Positions 50,431 to 63,745 of a stretch of DNA of 64,000 nucleotides are shown in pieces (position 1 is the stretch's first letter; the number at the start of each line of letters is the position of its first letter). A model generated the notes under the pieces. The model searched no databases, was not told where the DNA came from, and saw only the letters and a list, made by a program, of their open reading frames with translations. Source of the stretch: Zootoca vivipara (Eukaryota); assembly GCF_963506605.1 (NCBI RefSeq), contig NC_083284.1:29574001-29638000 (forward strand). Direction: 5' to 3'. The position numbers were made by a program, and so were the translations under genes.

Positions 50431-51858
50431 CCTCTGCGGGAAATGGGATGCTGAATCTCATCGAAAAGGGTAACTTCTTATTGCCTTTGCACTTAAATAT
50501 GAAGTTGATACCCTTGAGCTCATTGTATAACATATAATAAATGCACGCCATGTATTTGAGGTGCATCTGTCGCTGATGCACCTTGACACCACTTGCAGTC
50601 TGCTTGCAGAAAGATATAATTTGCCTTGTTCATGGACTTTCACTAACTGCTAGGAACGACGAGAAAGTCTGACATCATTCCCTTTCTGAAGTCTCCTACA
50701 GTTCCATGCTTTCTCTTAGCACTTTGTTGTTAAAAGAACGACCCACCTTTCTCCCACCCGTAGTCGTCTTGTAACAGCAGATTTAAGTGGCAGTGATCTT
50801 TGAGGAGTGCCAACCCCACTATTACCATGTGAATTCAGAACTGCCGGAAACAGTGCTGGAGTTATGGGAGTATTGCGTGACAAGCGAAGGGTGTTGTTTG
50901 AAATGCATACTAAGTGGTGCCAATCCACCTGCCCTACAGGGCATCAGCTGCCACTGGGTAAAAAAATAATAATACATGTCCTAAACATTTCTGGGGGTGA
51001 AAAAAAAATAAGAAGCAGTTGGAATCTGTTAAATAAGATCAGCACACAATCATAGAAAGATTTTAAAAAACCATAAAGCGTATCTCTGTGTATGGATGTG
51101 TGCTGGAGATAGAAAGGTTCCATTCTTTCAATAAAAACATATGGTTTTTATTAAGAACAAACATTTGGAAGCAGGTGGAGATCACTGTGTACCCAGCCCA
51201 ACCTTCAGGCTTCTTAAGTGCTTTGAAAAGATTCTGGGCAGAATTCGGTTTCTGGCATTCAAGCCTCCATTTTATTGTCTTGAAAACTATTTTAACTCTT
51301 TTAAGGAATGTTTTATCATATTGGTTCCACAGAAGCCCAAAGTCATGTAGATATGATTACTTCCAGAACAGGGTTTTCTTTTTTTTACCTTTATGTTTCA
51401 ACTTGATATATATTTTGTTTGCACTTGTACGCCCTAGGGGCTCAGGGCAGCTTGAAATCTTTGAAATTGTTAATAATGAAAAGATAGGGGGGAAATATTA
51501 TGGACCTAGCATGAACATGGGGCACATCCAGCTACACCTGTGACTGAATATTTTGGGCAAAATCAACAGAGGGAATGTCGCGTCTAGGGCCAATTAACTG
51601 GGCATTTTGCAATTTGCCCCAGACAAGTGCACAGTGGGTTGCTTTCTTTATTTTTTAATGCTTTATTAAAGTTATAAAGAAACCCCCAAAAAAGTTTAAA
51701 AGATCCCCCCCCCCCAAAAAATTATCCAGAAAAAAAACCCCAACCCAAAGGCAGTGTTTAAGGACACTTATTGCTTTAAGTGGTTTGTGCTTAAGTGTAT
51801 CACATCAATACAAACAGACATTTTCCATTTCATTGTGAATTAAACCAAATATACTGAA

Positions 51859-51861
<3 letters not shown>

Positions 51862-51898
<37 letters not shown>
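51862..51898. repeat. (GT)n microsatellite
   Basis: Direct inspection. Confidence 0.95.
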
Positions 51899-51900
<2 letters not shown>

Positions 51901-52547
51901 GAATGCCACTTTATACAGATAAAGTTATACATTTTGAATAATTTCCCCCTTTTGCTCACACTGGAATTCACAGGCGCCTTCACTCCTGGAACTTGCATAC
52001 ACAGGCACTTGTATTCTCAGAGAAATTGTGCAAGGAGGGAGTTTCTGTTCCTCCAGGAACTGGATTCTATGCTAGTTGTGGAAATTACACCTCTCTCTTT
52101 ATATAAGCAGAAAACGTAATAGCTATAAGCTACACCCTCTTTTAACAAGCCACAAAGACATGTGAATGACATAGTCAGCTGTTGCAATATGACCCACTTG
52201 CAAACCTGCTTTGTCCTGATGTTGATTAGAAATCCTCTTTTTTCAAGCCTGCTAAAATATTGGTATATGTCTTGGATCTGAAATGATTTTATGCATTTAT
52301 TGTTTTAAACTGTTTTTATATTTATGGTTCTTTGCAAAAAATGTTTTTATATGCCGTTGTTTTTAACTGTTTTTTGTATGTAACTCTTTTATTGTAAATT
52401 ATTTTGAGATGTTTCATGGGAAGCAATTAATAAATTTAATAAATAATAATAATACTGAAATTTTATGACAAAGATGTGGAATGTTGCTATCTGGCATACC
52501 TTGCAAAGTCCAATATACTTCTTCTTATACCGGTATTTGGGACTTGC

Positions 52548-52858
52548 AGAGTGAATTACAGAGTTGGAGGAGTCCTCAAATATCATCTAGCACAATTCCT
52601 TTGCTCAGGTCAGGATATCCATTAATACAGCATCCCTGATCGGCTTAAAAAAATATAAAGAAGGTCCACCACCTTCTGAGGCAGCCTGTTCTGAACAACG
52701 GAAGTTTGCTCTATCAAATATGTGGCATCCCTTTAACTTTTTGAAGATGACTGTGATGTTGCCTCTTTATCTTCTCTAGGCTAAGCATATCCAACTCCTT
52801 TAACCTTTGCTTGTATGACTTGGTCTCCAACCTGTTCACCATTTTGCCCTCCTCCACT
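52548..52858 (-). mobile_element. Old CR1 fragment
   Basis: AGAGTTGGAGGAGTCCTCAAATATCATCTAG...CCACCACCTTCTGAGGCAGCCTGTTC...CTAGGCTAAGCATATCCAACTCCTTTAACC, the reverse of a CR1 3' region. Confidence 0.6.
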
Positions 52859-52860
52859 GA

Positions 52861-52980
52861 TCAGTTGCCCAAGGAGATATTAGCAACCAGGTGAAAGTTG
52901 TCAAGTATGTCTGATACTTCAACCTTAAGGAGGAGACAAACCACTGCCTCCTTCAAGGCTGATATAACATTCCCTCCTGC
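52861..52980 (-). mobile_element. Degenerate L2-type RT fragment
   Basis: Minus-strand peptide GNVISALKEAVVCLLLK...LDNFHLVANISLG resembles the KEAVVRPLLKK...NYRPVSN motif at the start of L2/CR1-group RT. Confidence 0.55.
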
Positions 52981-53253
52981 AACAAAGCACCAACAGCATC
53001 CCTGTTCCACTTGGCCAATCCCCTTTGGCTTGCTTTTATTAGCCAAGGGTAGAGGAAGCACTGGGGGGCTAGAACCCTTCAAGCAACTTGTCCATGAGTT
53101 GTAGTCAAGTCCTGCTTAAAGTAGACATACTCACATGCATGAACATGGCAATGGGTCTATTCTGAGGAAAGCTTGGTTGGCTATTTGTTGGGCTTAGTAT
53201 ACCATTGGGCCATAGTAACAGAAAATGGGCAAACAAACAATGGTGCTCAAGCT

Positions 53254-53388
53254 CAGTGTTTCCCAAACTTTGGTCTCCAGCTATTTTTGGACTACAGTTC
53301 CCATCATCCTAGCTAGCAAGACCAGAGTTCAGGGATTATGGGAGCTGTAGTGCAAAAACAGCTTGACACCCATGTTTGCGAAACTCTG
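53254..53388. mobile_element. 135-bp palindromic hAT MITE (diverged)
   Basis: CAGTGTTTCCCAAAC/GTTTGCGAAACTCTG termini, GGACTACAGTTCCCATCATCC core, TSD-like CTCAAGCT/CTCTAGCC. Confidence 0.8.
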
Positions 53389-56300
53389 CTCTAGCCACCC
53401 TCACTGGAGCTCTCCGAACTGCTGCAGCTAAATCTGAATAAATGTGAGCCATTTTACAGTAGGCTACTGAATGCATAATCAATAATAGCATCATTGGTCC
53501 GGGCAAGGCTTCGATCAACCTTAATATGAGCTCACCCACCTTGTACCTTGAAAATGTGCACCTACTCCTCCAGAAGTTGAGTCTTTTTCTTTTTTAAAAA
53601 AAATATCCTGCTTGGAAAGGGGCTAGAATTACTGCAACTAAGAAAAAGATTTCACTCGTCAATTTTTTCTCTATCTAATGGCGGTCATTAAATGTCACGA
53701 TGGAAGCTGTCAATGAATAAAAATGTGGAAGTGAATGAAAAGTGAGAGCTGATGCTGACAAGTTGCGTATATACAGACTGTGCTCCTGACGAGACACAGG
53801 ACTCAGCTCAGCAAATGGCTCATAAAGCTCATTTATCAACAGGACAGTAAAATAATTCCACTGCGGCAATTGTAACTGGCAAAAACTGAGTAGCTCTATG
53901 AAGAGAAAGGTCCACTATGGTAAGTGGGAAGCTTGTTTGCAGTGGAGGTTGCAGACACCGCTGCAATATAATTGTACTTTATTACAGTCATTAAATAGTT
54001 AGGGTCTCTTTCCCTTGCAGCAAAGTTTCTACTGGTCCAAAAGGAGACATTCACAATGGGCTAGTTATTGTTTTTGACAGATGATAATCTTTTAAAGGTA
54101 CAGGAGATTAAAGTTTCTGCGTGATGAAAAGCCACACAGGGGAATAATTTGTAGACAGTTACAAATATTGATTAGTCCTTTCTGCCTACTCCAAACCATC
54201 TTAATGTTTCAGGAAATGCTAAATGGAGTAAAATAATGGAGCCAGTATATGCAAATCAGGGGCCCTGTCAGCAAGCTTCACATTTCACTGCAAAAAGAAA
54301 AGAGCAATGCTCAAGATGAGATTATCACACTGCTTGAGGAAATATAAGCAATATATTGAGCAAACACATTGAGCAATGGTCCCAAGCTAAAGGTTTAAAT
54401 ACTCTCGCATTATGTTTCTGTTTTTTTCTGAAATCCTCATCCAAGAGAGTTGTACAGAAAAGTTAGTGATTACTGTGCTTTTAAAAACTCACTTCCATTC
54501 ATTTCAATGGGGTTAATATATGCTGGAGTGGTAGCTTATTTAGACTGTTGCAACACAAGCAACAAAAATACTTGTTGCACCTTTAGACACAGCTGGAGCA
54601 ACCCAAAGCTTCCTTGCATTGGGCAGGAGGGGTGAATTGGATTAGGTGGAGGTGTTGCTCTGCCTAGCTTCCCAGCTAAGCCAGCCTCATGCCCCACTAA
54701 CCTGCCTCCACCTGCTGAATGTGCGGGCCTGCTGGTGAGACCCCAACCTGCAGAAAGCCCCAAAAGAGGGGAAATCTGGTAGGGAAAGACGGGACTCCAC
54801 AGCGCCATCTGATGTCACAGTGTTATATCGCACAACAAATATAAAACGCCTTTTCTTTACCAATCTAGCTGAGTCCAGGGTGTTCCAAGGGCAGGGCTGA
54901 GCCAGCCTGGGACTCACTGAATCCCGAGTCAGTCTCTTTCTGCAATTATCTGTGTTAATGGGAGAGGACTTGCTTCAACTCCCCTTGCAGACATTGCTTT
55001 AATTCTCTTCAATAGCCATTCCTCAAGGTTTCGTAGAACAAACATTTGTATCTATGATTTGAAGATGGAAGGCTTGCCCATCCCACCCCACCCTCCGAAG
55101 AACATTTCCCTATTTTGTAAACTTAATACATTTGCGTTTTTGTACATTCATTGTGATGTCCACTGCGGAAATTCTGTTTCGGAAAGAGCGCTCTCGTTTG
55201 GCAAAAAGACATATTACCCCAACACCTCTTTCTGAAAGGTCTGTTAATAATAAAGAAAGTCATTTCATAAAAGTGGCCATATTTTGCAATAAATTCCTTT
55301 CAGTGAACTAATCAAAAGGAAATACGAACACATTCTAGGGGAACAGGCTAAATTTCCTTTGGAGAGGTAGAATTCTGCACTACCGGTATGTGTTCAGATT
55401 TCTATAGTAGCTAAATTTAATTCAGAGTGGTTTGAATTTTTTCCCCCTCCTTGTAAAAAGCTGAACCAAATATGGGAACATAAAGAAGAGTTGTTTGGTG
55501 CATCTATTCACTGATTCTTGCACAACACACAATCACATTTACAGAAAACTATATTTTCCATTGCCACAGTTTCAATGAAACGTGTAAAATCTCCAACAAC
55601 CTTTGACCACAGTACCCACGTTTCTTGTTCCACAGCACACTGAAGACTTTTGTATTTATTTAACTTCCTACCGGTAGTTCCCACATCACTCACATTAATA
55701 GCCCAGCCTCTGATGCTTTCTCATTTATCAACTAATCATCTGTCATTCGGAAGAGCACTGTCTCCAATCTTGACAAACACACATACTCTTCCAAGCCCAC
55801 CTGGACTTTGTCACTATTGGAAGTCTCCTTGAAATGTGAATTCAACGTGGGCTATCTTCCCTTAATTCTGTGCAATTTGAATGCATATGGAGTTTCAAAT
55901 CTGAGAGGAGTTTTGTTTTGTTTTCACCGAGAGAAAGGCATTATCTCACCCTTTTGACCCGCTGAATATTATACATATTATACAAAGGAATTATATAATG
56001 AAGTTCAGTATAAATTAGAGGTTCCTGGGATGCTGTTAACTTAATGCACAAAGATATATAGACATATTCAGCTGTGTTTTCCCATTTTAATTCTTCACAT
56101 ATGTCCTTGCTAAGTCAGAATCCAGAAGGAACATTGATGAGAACAGTGATTTGCAGTGGTGTCCCCCAGTGGCAGCTGGTGCCTGTTGGGACTGGTGGCA
56201 GACAGGGATGCCAACAGCAGGTGGAGCTAAAGCCAATGACAGATAGAATAAATTAATATCATCTCTATCCACCTCCCTGCCGAGTCCTATAAGGGCAATG

Positions 56301-56825
56301 CTGTGACTAAGGGGAAGGAAGTTAATAAGCAGTGCCGCCACCTGGACCGATTATAAGTAAGAAGGGAGGCAGGTGGTAGCTGGCTGGAGGCAGACTGAAG
56401 TTGATGGGAGCAGGGCCCCATTTGCCGTAATGGCCCAGCATCCAATAGTGTTTTCCCCAAACCCTTCAGCCTCTCCTTTGTTCCTCAGAAGACCATAGGC
56501 GAGGGATTGGGAATGGTTATGCTTCATAATGGGCAAAAAGGAGACTTGTGCCTTTTGCAGAAAGGGGGGGGGATATTCATTTCCATTTCTTTTCCATTTC
56601 ATTTCATTATTGAGGTCTTGCACAAGTGATATTTACCCAACTAAGAGTCACAAAGAGGTCTTGCACAAGACCTTGGGATTAAAAAAAATCAAAGAAAGAA
56701 AGAGAGGAAAAGAAAGCAACACACCGACTATGATTGCAGTCCCTGAGTTAATCTCCAATATGTACCATATGGAGGCCTTCACAAGAACAGTTGGGAGGAG
56801 CGCAGAAAGAAGAAACATCATGGTG

Positions 56826-56961
56826 CAGGCATGGCCACACTTGGCCCTCCAGCTGTTTTGGGACTACAATTCCCATCATCCCAGGCCACTGGTCCTGTTA
56901 GCTAGGGATGATGGGAGTTGTAGTCCCAAAACAGCTGGAGGGCCAAGTTTGGCCATGCCTG
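56826..56961. mobile_element. 136-bp palindromic hAT MITE
   Basis: TIRs CAGGCATGGCCA/TGGCCATGCCTG. TSD TCATGGTG/TCATAGTG. Same core as 46586-46721. Confidence 0.92.
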
Positions 56962-56970
56962 TCATAGTGC

Positions 56971-57152
56971 TTCTTCTTCTTCTTCTTCGGCGATCACCCG
57001 TAGCCGAGTAAGCATAGCTGCCAAGTTTTCCCTTTTCTCACGAGGAAGCCTATTCAGCATAAGGGAAAATCCCTTTAAAAAAGGGATAACTTGGCAGCTA
57101 TGCGAGTAAGATAAACACGGTTTTAACAATGGATCCACATGTCCTCCCACAG
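56971..57152 (-). mobile_element. Short (AAG)n-tailed retroelement 3' fragment
   Basis: (CTT)n then CGGCGATCACCCGTAGCCGAGTAAG...CCCACAG. Exact 11-bp TSD TGTCATAGTGC (56960-56970, 57153-57163). Confidence 0.75.
57013..57102. mobile_element. 90-bp hAT-type MITE (copy 2)
   Basis: Perfect 15-bp TIRs. Exact 8-bp TSD CGAGTAAG (57005-57012, 57103-57110). Confidence 0.92.
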
Positions 57153-58340
57153 TGTCATAGTGCATCTGCAGCAACTCAACCAGACACCTTCATCTGCCCC
57201 AGCTGTAACAAAACATGTCTCTACAGCCACATCAGGCACTGCAACCTTCCAGCAGTTTGACTTCACCCCAAAGGCCCACTCCTCCATTGTCTCCTGAGAA
57301 AGACGTATGCCAACAACCCTGATCTTAGATATTTCTACCAACATATAGTGCATTTCTAATGCTACATTCTGCATAGGCCCCACATCACTGTTGGGTGTGT
57401 TCTTTCCTAAGCACTTAGGGGAAAGCACAACAAGTCTCAGAAATGAGCTGTTTATTACCATGATAATCTGATTTTTAAATGTGTCCCTTTTTTGAACCAA
57501 GGTAAGGTAAGACTTTAATTAAAGTACCACACATCGGAAATAAAGCATATGTTAGCAGTTGCATATTAGTATGCTCGGGTTTGATGTGTGCTGGCTTTCT
57601 TAATAACACGTCAATAGATCTACTTAGATTCTTCACTTGGAATGAACATGGGTTTTTTTAAGCCACTGGAAAACCCAGTAACCGAAAGTTGTGGCTCTTG
57701 TTAAACCTATTCCCAGGAGGTGGGTGGGGGTGTGTCTGGTTAATGTCCAATGTAGCAATTAGTGACGGCTAACTTACGATGTGGCAAAGGAAGCAATACA
57801 ACTAAGATAACACCAATAAACTGCACAGCTTGGTGTTCTGTAGAAACTTATTTTAAAAATATCCTGAGAATATTTGTGAGTATAATCTCCTATTGTGATA
57901 TGTATTTACATCTTACAGAAGTAGATATTTTTCATTAAATGCACATAAAACTAATAAATCTCTGATTTGTACAGCCAGTCTCAGCAGAGAGGTCTGCTTG
58001 GTTTTCCCCCTGACCCAACAAAAAGATGGCTTCAGTGATAAAATGCAAATATCTGAATTGTTAACAAAATATTTCTTTCGGTGATGGCTGTCATGGTGTT
58101 GAGGAGTTCTTTAACAAGCATTAGATTAGACCATGGAAATAGGAACACAGACTTTACACTTTTTAACACTTTCTTGTGAGGCATATGACCACATCGTTGC
58201 TCTCTCCACAGAATGAATGAGGAAGCCTTGCACTTGCAATACCTTGTAGATGACCAAGTTGCAGCTTGGCCATCCACAAAGGGCTTTGCTAGATCATTTA
58301 CACGAGAGGCACCAGCAAACTCAAGGTAACCCTGAGGCTT

Positions 58341-58706
58341 AAAGGTAAAGATAAAGGGCCCCTGACCATCAGGTCCAGTCGTGTCTGACTCTGGGGTTGT
58401 GGCGCTCATCTCGCTCTATAGGCCGAGGGAGCCAGTGTTTGTCCGCAGACAGCTTCCGGGTCATGTGGCCAGCATGACAAAGCTGCTTCTGGCGAACCAG
58501 AGCACCGCATGGAAACGCTGTTTACCTTCCCACCGGAGCGGTCCCTATTTATCTACTTGCACTTTGATGTGCTTTCGAACTGCTAGGTGGGCAGGAGCTG
58601 GGACCGAGCAACGGGAGCTCACCCCGTTGCAGGGATTCGAACCGCCAATCTTCTGATCAGCAAGCCCTAGACTCTGTGGTTTAACCCACAGCACCACCTG
58701 GGTCCC
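58341..58706 (-). mobile_element. Sauria SINE, full length
   Basis: Minus-strand A box and B box (GGTTCGAATCC), ACCTTT tail. TSD TAACCCTGAGGCTT (58327-58340, 58707-58720). Confidence 0.93.
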
Positions 58707-59374
58707 TAACCCTGAGGCTTAAAGATGCCTAAAAAATCTGTCTCTGAAACCCCTTTCAGAAGTCAATGGCACAGAAAGTTGTGAGACTGAGAAGGGGAAA
58801 AGGATAGACAACCTGTTGGAAGGGGGAAAGGGAAGGCTGGAAAGGGAGGGAGAGACTATAGGTCTTTCCACATTTTATACGTCTATTCCATGGTCTGAAT
58901 AGATAACATCCTGTTTAATGCCAGGAAGCTACTCTTAAATGTGCCCAGGGACAGACGTGAGAGGTGTCCATAAAAATCAATGGAAAGAAAACCCAAGATT
59001 TTAAGATAATTCGGGTTGGGTATAACCACGTCCTCTCCTTAAAACCTGCTAATGGAGAAAAATGCCCTAAAGCAAATGATAATGCAAACTGAATGTGTTC
59101 AGGATTCTGCCTGTTGGGACTGACTAAACAAGGGACAAGGGGAATAGAATGGAGTGGTTGAAACTCTGAAAAGAAGTACTCCACACAGCAACAATTACGT
59201 TGCAAGGGTCCACTTATGTATTACGTAACTAAGGTTCATAGAATGACTTGAATAAGGTGGGTTTCCTATCTATACCTGAAGTATAGGGCTCCGAAGTATA
59301 GGGCTCAAAGGACCCAAAGCTCTGGTCTCCCTTCTGGCCCCTGAATCTTCCTGCCCCTTCCTCCTCACTCTGTT

Positions 59375-59420
59375 TACCTACCTACCTACCTACCTACCTA
59401 CCTACCTACCTACCTACCTA
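59375..59420. repeat. (TACC)n microsatellite
   Basis: Direct inspection. Confidence 0.95.
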
Positions 59421-61290
59421 TGCCAGAGGCATCCCCACCAGAGATAGTTCATGGGGCACCCCCTGAAATGAGGCATTTGTGAGGTGGGGAGGAGGCAGGA
59501 CAGGACTGGCACATGATCCACTTGATCCTGTGCAGACCCTGCTCATCATGTGACATCAATGGGCCCAATCCACGCCTCTTTGCTGTATTAAGCTTTAGTG
59601 CTGCAAAGCAGCTTTTTCTAAGGCTGTGCATGGGAACCAATTCAGTCAGCCGTGGATTATGACCACATTGAGTTGAAGAAATGCTGGATTGGTCATGTTG
59701 ACCCACGTAGAGTGATTTAGGGCTGTCAAAAGATGGGGCAATTGGGCAGTGGAGGGGAGGGAGAAGAGGAGGCTGGCAGCTACCCATTTGGTGGAAAGGT
59801 AGCATAGCGGTTTCACTCTACCTGGTGAGCAGCTTCTGTATAAAACTGCTAAAGCCAAATTACTGTTGCAATTTATGTTTGTATTCCCTGAACCCAGTTA
59901 TATAAAGATTTCCATAGCTGGTGCAAACATACGTACCACTTATTAATAGCTTTTAATTTTAGCTCTTCTAATGCACCCTTTCCTTATTTTTGTAGACCTG
60001 TGAATTGATTTTGAATAAAGCTCAAGCATTAAGTATGGTACATTACCTTACAATTTCCGCTCCCCAAAAAAGCAAAAGATTTAATATGGTCGATTCCCAC
60101 CTGCCCTTTCCACAGAAGAAAAAAGCTTTTAAGCAACATCTTTTTAAAGGCCTGAAAATAATTTACAGGCCTAAAAAGCTTGCTTAGTATGATGTCTTTG
60201 CATTATTACTCCATAAGCAAAGCAAGAATAGGATTGTTGAACCTCTCCCCAATTTTGGCAATATGGTGGTGGAAATGGGAACCTAAAACAATTCAGGCTT
60301 ATTCAAATGCTTTTAAGTAATTACTGATATTATTTGAAGTACCTTTTTGCCACATTGTGGTACTTTTTGTGGCACAGTTGTGGTACTTTTGCCACAGTTT
60401 TAAGTCTGTGGTATTTATCTTTCTTTTAAGTATAATGGATGAATTTGTGGGGTTTTTTATTTTATTTTTAAACAAGGACTTGGTTTAATCCAAATTGTCC
60501 ATTGTCCATGTTCATCTTGGATGACCAGGGCAGTGTGCAGTCTTTGTTGTTTCCCAAACTCAGAGTCCCTTGCTTACGGTAAGGATGATAACTTCCTAAA
60601 GATCTCAAATGAAAGGAAGTTACAAAACAAAGCCATGTCAAGTAGGCACATGCCCTACTGCTAAGCACTCAATCCAAGCCTATCGAAACATGTTGAAAGA
60701 CAAGTCTCACAACAACAGCCAGGCAGCTCCCCCCCTCCCAACAGATAACTAGTGTGAAAACAACAGATGAATGTGCATGTTCACACTTGAAGAAAAGGAA
60801 ACTGAAGTTACAAAAGTCACCGAAGAACATGAGATGAAATCATCCCACTGCTAATATGTTGTTTTGTAGGCCCTCTCAACATGTTTGCAGGTTGCTACTT
60901 GCACCTCACTGCAGTACAAGGAATTGAGCTAGAGTAGCATTTGATTCGAGGCTGCCAAGAATAACAAGCTTCCAAGGAAGATGTGATGTAAAAGAGATCC
61001 CTTTGTTCTCACATACGGTATGGTGAGACTACGGCGGAGCTAAGTTGAAAAAAGGACAACATTTCCAAGTAGTTCCTTGGGAATGCAAATTCTGTGTAGG
61101 CCTCATTCCTCCTGTGGGTCTGGCTTGCAAGCAGAACTTTCTGGGTAGTCAGAGAAAATGTTGTAAGGCAATGATAGGCGCCCTTTATGCCTTCAAAAAA
61201 ATGCATGCGAGCATCAAATGTGAAGGGGGAGCAAGTGACACGCTCTTACCCACAACATGACCAGGATTGCATTCACACAACAGTTCATTC

Positions 61291-61413
61291 CAGTGCTATT
61301 TTTCTAGAAAAAGAGGTGCCAGAACTCACCATGAACGCCTCCCTCGTTCTCTTAGAATGGCAATGGTGTCTACCTGAGAGGTGCCGGAAAGTTCCTGCTG
61401 AAAAAAAGCCCTG
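61291..61413. mobile_element. 123-bp hAT MITE
   Basis: Termini CAGTGCTATTTT/AAAAAAGCCCTG. Exact 8-bp TSD GTTCATTC (61283-61290, 61414-61421). Confidence 0.88.
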
Positions 61414-61621
61414 GTTCATTCTATTTTCCAGCCATTTCTCTAACTGCTAATTTCTGCATTATTTTGGAGCTTTCACACAACATAAAAACTACTTCAAGGA
61501 ATATAGTGCAAGTTTAACGCTCATTTCCATGTCATTTGCTTCCAGGAGAAAAGTATGTAAATAACAGTTAGGGAAACATCAGGAAAACAGCACAAACTGC
61601 TGTGTGAATGCAGCCTAGCAC

Positions 61622-62190
61622 TAGAGATGGGGGAGAAATTCAATTTTGTATGCATGCCAGTGAAAAACTATCTAATGTGCACTTCTCAAACCAATACATG
61701 AAGCGAAATAGAGGCAACTCCTTATTTGCATGAAGGTTGCATTCTAGGTCATTGTGAGCATCGGCAGAGCCCATGTAAGCCTGCCCCATTCCACCCCTGC
61801 CCCCACCCCCTGGGTAAAAAATGGTACACGTGTTGGCGGTCATGTGCCAATCTAGCACACACAAAATGGATGTCGCCTGTACAGCTATCCTTCAAAAGTC
61901 ACACTTCTCCAAATTTTGCAATTCAGTTATTTAACAGAACAATATGTACAGTGTGCGCATAAACAGGCCTCTATTGGTGAAGATAATGCATTCCTGCCTG
62001 CTTATGTTAGGGGAATTGCTTGCAAAAATGTGTATATCAGGAGAAATTGGGACTAAAATGAATTTTCATGAGGATTTTTTTTAAAAAAAAGAAATTGCAA
62101 ACTGATGGGGAAATGTACAGTACTGAACCTAAGACTGAAAAAAATGAGAAACTGATTGAAAATGAAATTGACAGATTTGAGCGTCCCAAC
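61622..62190. mobile_element. Old non-autonomous hAT-like element
   Basis: Starts TAGAGATGGG (TAGGGATG-like terminus). Body is homologous to 46430-46950 and 23670-24420. Confidence 0.55.
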
Positions 62191-63234
62191 TGGGCGCACT
62201 CCACACTTTCCCTCCACTGAACCTTCCCACATTGAGTGGAAAGGTCTAAAGGGGCCACTGAACCTAAGATACCTAAGACACTTGTGAATCCCATAAACTT
62301 GTTGTGAAATAAATAAGCAAAATAAATAAATTTGGATGTCTGTGCTGAAACCAGGGGAGTGTACATTTGTTCTGATATCTGACCCTGATTTTGTGTTTGG
62401 AGACTTTAGTTTTATCCACATACATAATGTATGATGGCAAAAAAAATCACTTTGTGGCTATTACAAATTGTAAGGCAGGGCCTGCCAACCTCATAGAAGA
62501 TGTAGGAATGTAAACACATTGGGGAAACTGTGGTGGGCAGCACACACACCCTGAAACTAAGCACACATTGCAACCTAGTCTATTAGCTACAACAGGATGC
62601 CTCTTTCAAGCCCAATTGAAAAGGGAGGAGAGCCTGAAGCTGTCAGGGGTAATCTCTGTGGACATGTGGGCATCTGTGGGCACCACACTGGCAAACCCTG
62701 CTGTATGGACCTCAGTGACTACACAGGATATTTCCAGAGCCCTCCCTCATGTGAAATGTCTGAATATACCAGCAAACTACCTATATTTCCCATGTATTTG
62801 TAATCCAAAAATAGAGGATAGGTACGACCAGGCAGATGGTGTGTGTCAGCGTCTGAGAATTGTTTTTCTAAAATCTCTCAATAAATGAGTAAGCTCCAAG
62901 CAACAAACTTGCAGACACCGTCCTGTTATGATTCCACAATAAAGAATGTCTGTCTAATCTGTTTAATTAATTCCACTTAAAAGTATGGACATTCTCTAAG
63001 GCATTCCATATAGGCGCACTGCTGAGGTTGTAAAGCTATTGAGTCAAACTACGGTTTCCTTTGAAATATAAGAAATGACCAATACGAAGCAGATTTTAAC
63101 AAGCAAAGGAAGATGACTGCTGTAAAACTGAATTTCCCTCAGTTGTCCTGTGACAGACGTTAGGATCTAACAGTGGAATCCCACGCATACCTACAGGGCA
63201 GTTGTATCACGTGCTGGGGTAATGTGTATATGTT

Positions 63235-63368
63235 TGGGTTGCCATATGTCCTCTTTTTCCAGGACATGTCCTCTTTTTCATGGATAGAGTCGTCATAGCG
63301 ATTCATAGTTAAAAGTAGAAGTCATCAAATGTGTCCTCTTTTTTGTTCTTCAAAATACGGTAACCCTG
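63235..63368. mobile_element. hAT-like MITE (Blackjack/Tip100-type ends)
   Basis: GGGTTGCCATAT...ATACGGTAACCC termini and three TGTCCTCTTTTT subterminal repeats. No clear TSD. Confidence 0.65.
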
Positions 63369-63720
63369 TTTTCTGGCTTGCTACTGGCTGGCAAGCAGGG
63401 GGAGGAGGAAGCCCTATGGCGTGTTCTTTCCCAGTATCTTTGCATAAAAATGCCAATATAAAGAACACAAATCTTCATACACAGATCCAAGATGAGCACT
63501 TAATGAATCCAATGAATCAATAGAAGTTGGGAATTTTTAAAGTTGAAGATCAGTGCCTGCCACCTTCTTGCCAACCACACTGTAAAATATTGATACATGC
63601 ACCCCTCTCCTTTTTAAATTTAGTGATATGTCTGTATTTTGTATAGTATTTGCATTTTGATGTTTTGAATGTTTCCTGTTTGGGCACAGCTTGTTGTGGA
63701 AAAGTGGCATATAAGCAAAC

Positions 63721-63745
63721 TCAATCAATCAATCAATCAATCAAT
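63721..63745. repeat. (TCAA)n microsatellite
   Basis: Direct inspection. Confidence 0.9.

Larger units (their letters stand above)
56790..57317 (+). mobile_element. RTE-type LINE 3' end (host of three nested insertions)
   Basis: With the inserts removed it reads WEERRKKKHHGASAATQPDTFICPSCNKTC..LYSHIRHC (C-terminal zinc-finger-like motif), then a short UTR ending CAACAAC. Confidence 0.7.

Noticed and set aside
51088-51543. 151-aa ORF (and 160-aa ORF at 56529-57011)
   Set aside because: No recognisable domain; the second runs through several transposon fragments.
56158-56175. CTCF-like GTCCCCCAGTGGC
   Set aside because: Weaker match that seems to overlap the edge of a repeat, so it is not supportable.
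59278-59306. 14-bp tandem duplication GAAGTATAGGGCTC
   Set aside because: Ordinary slippage-type duplication with no further structure.
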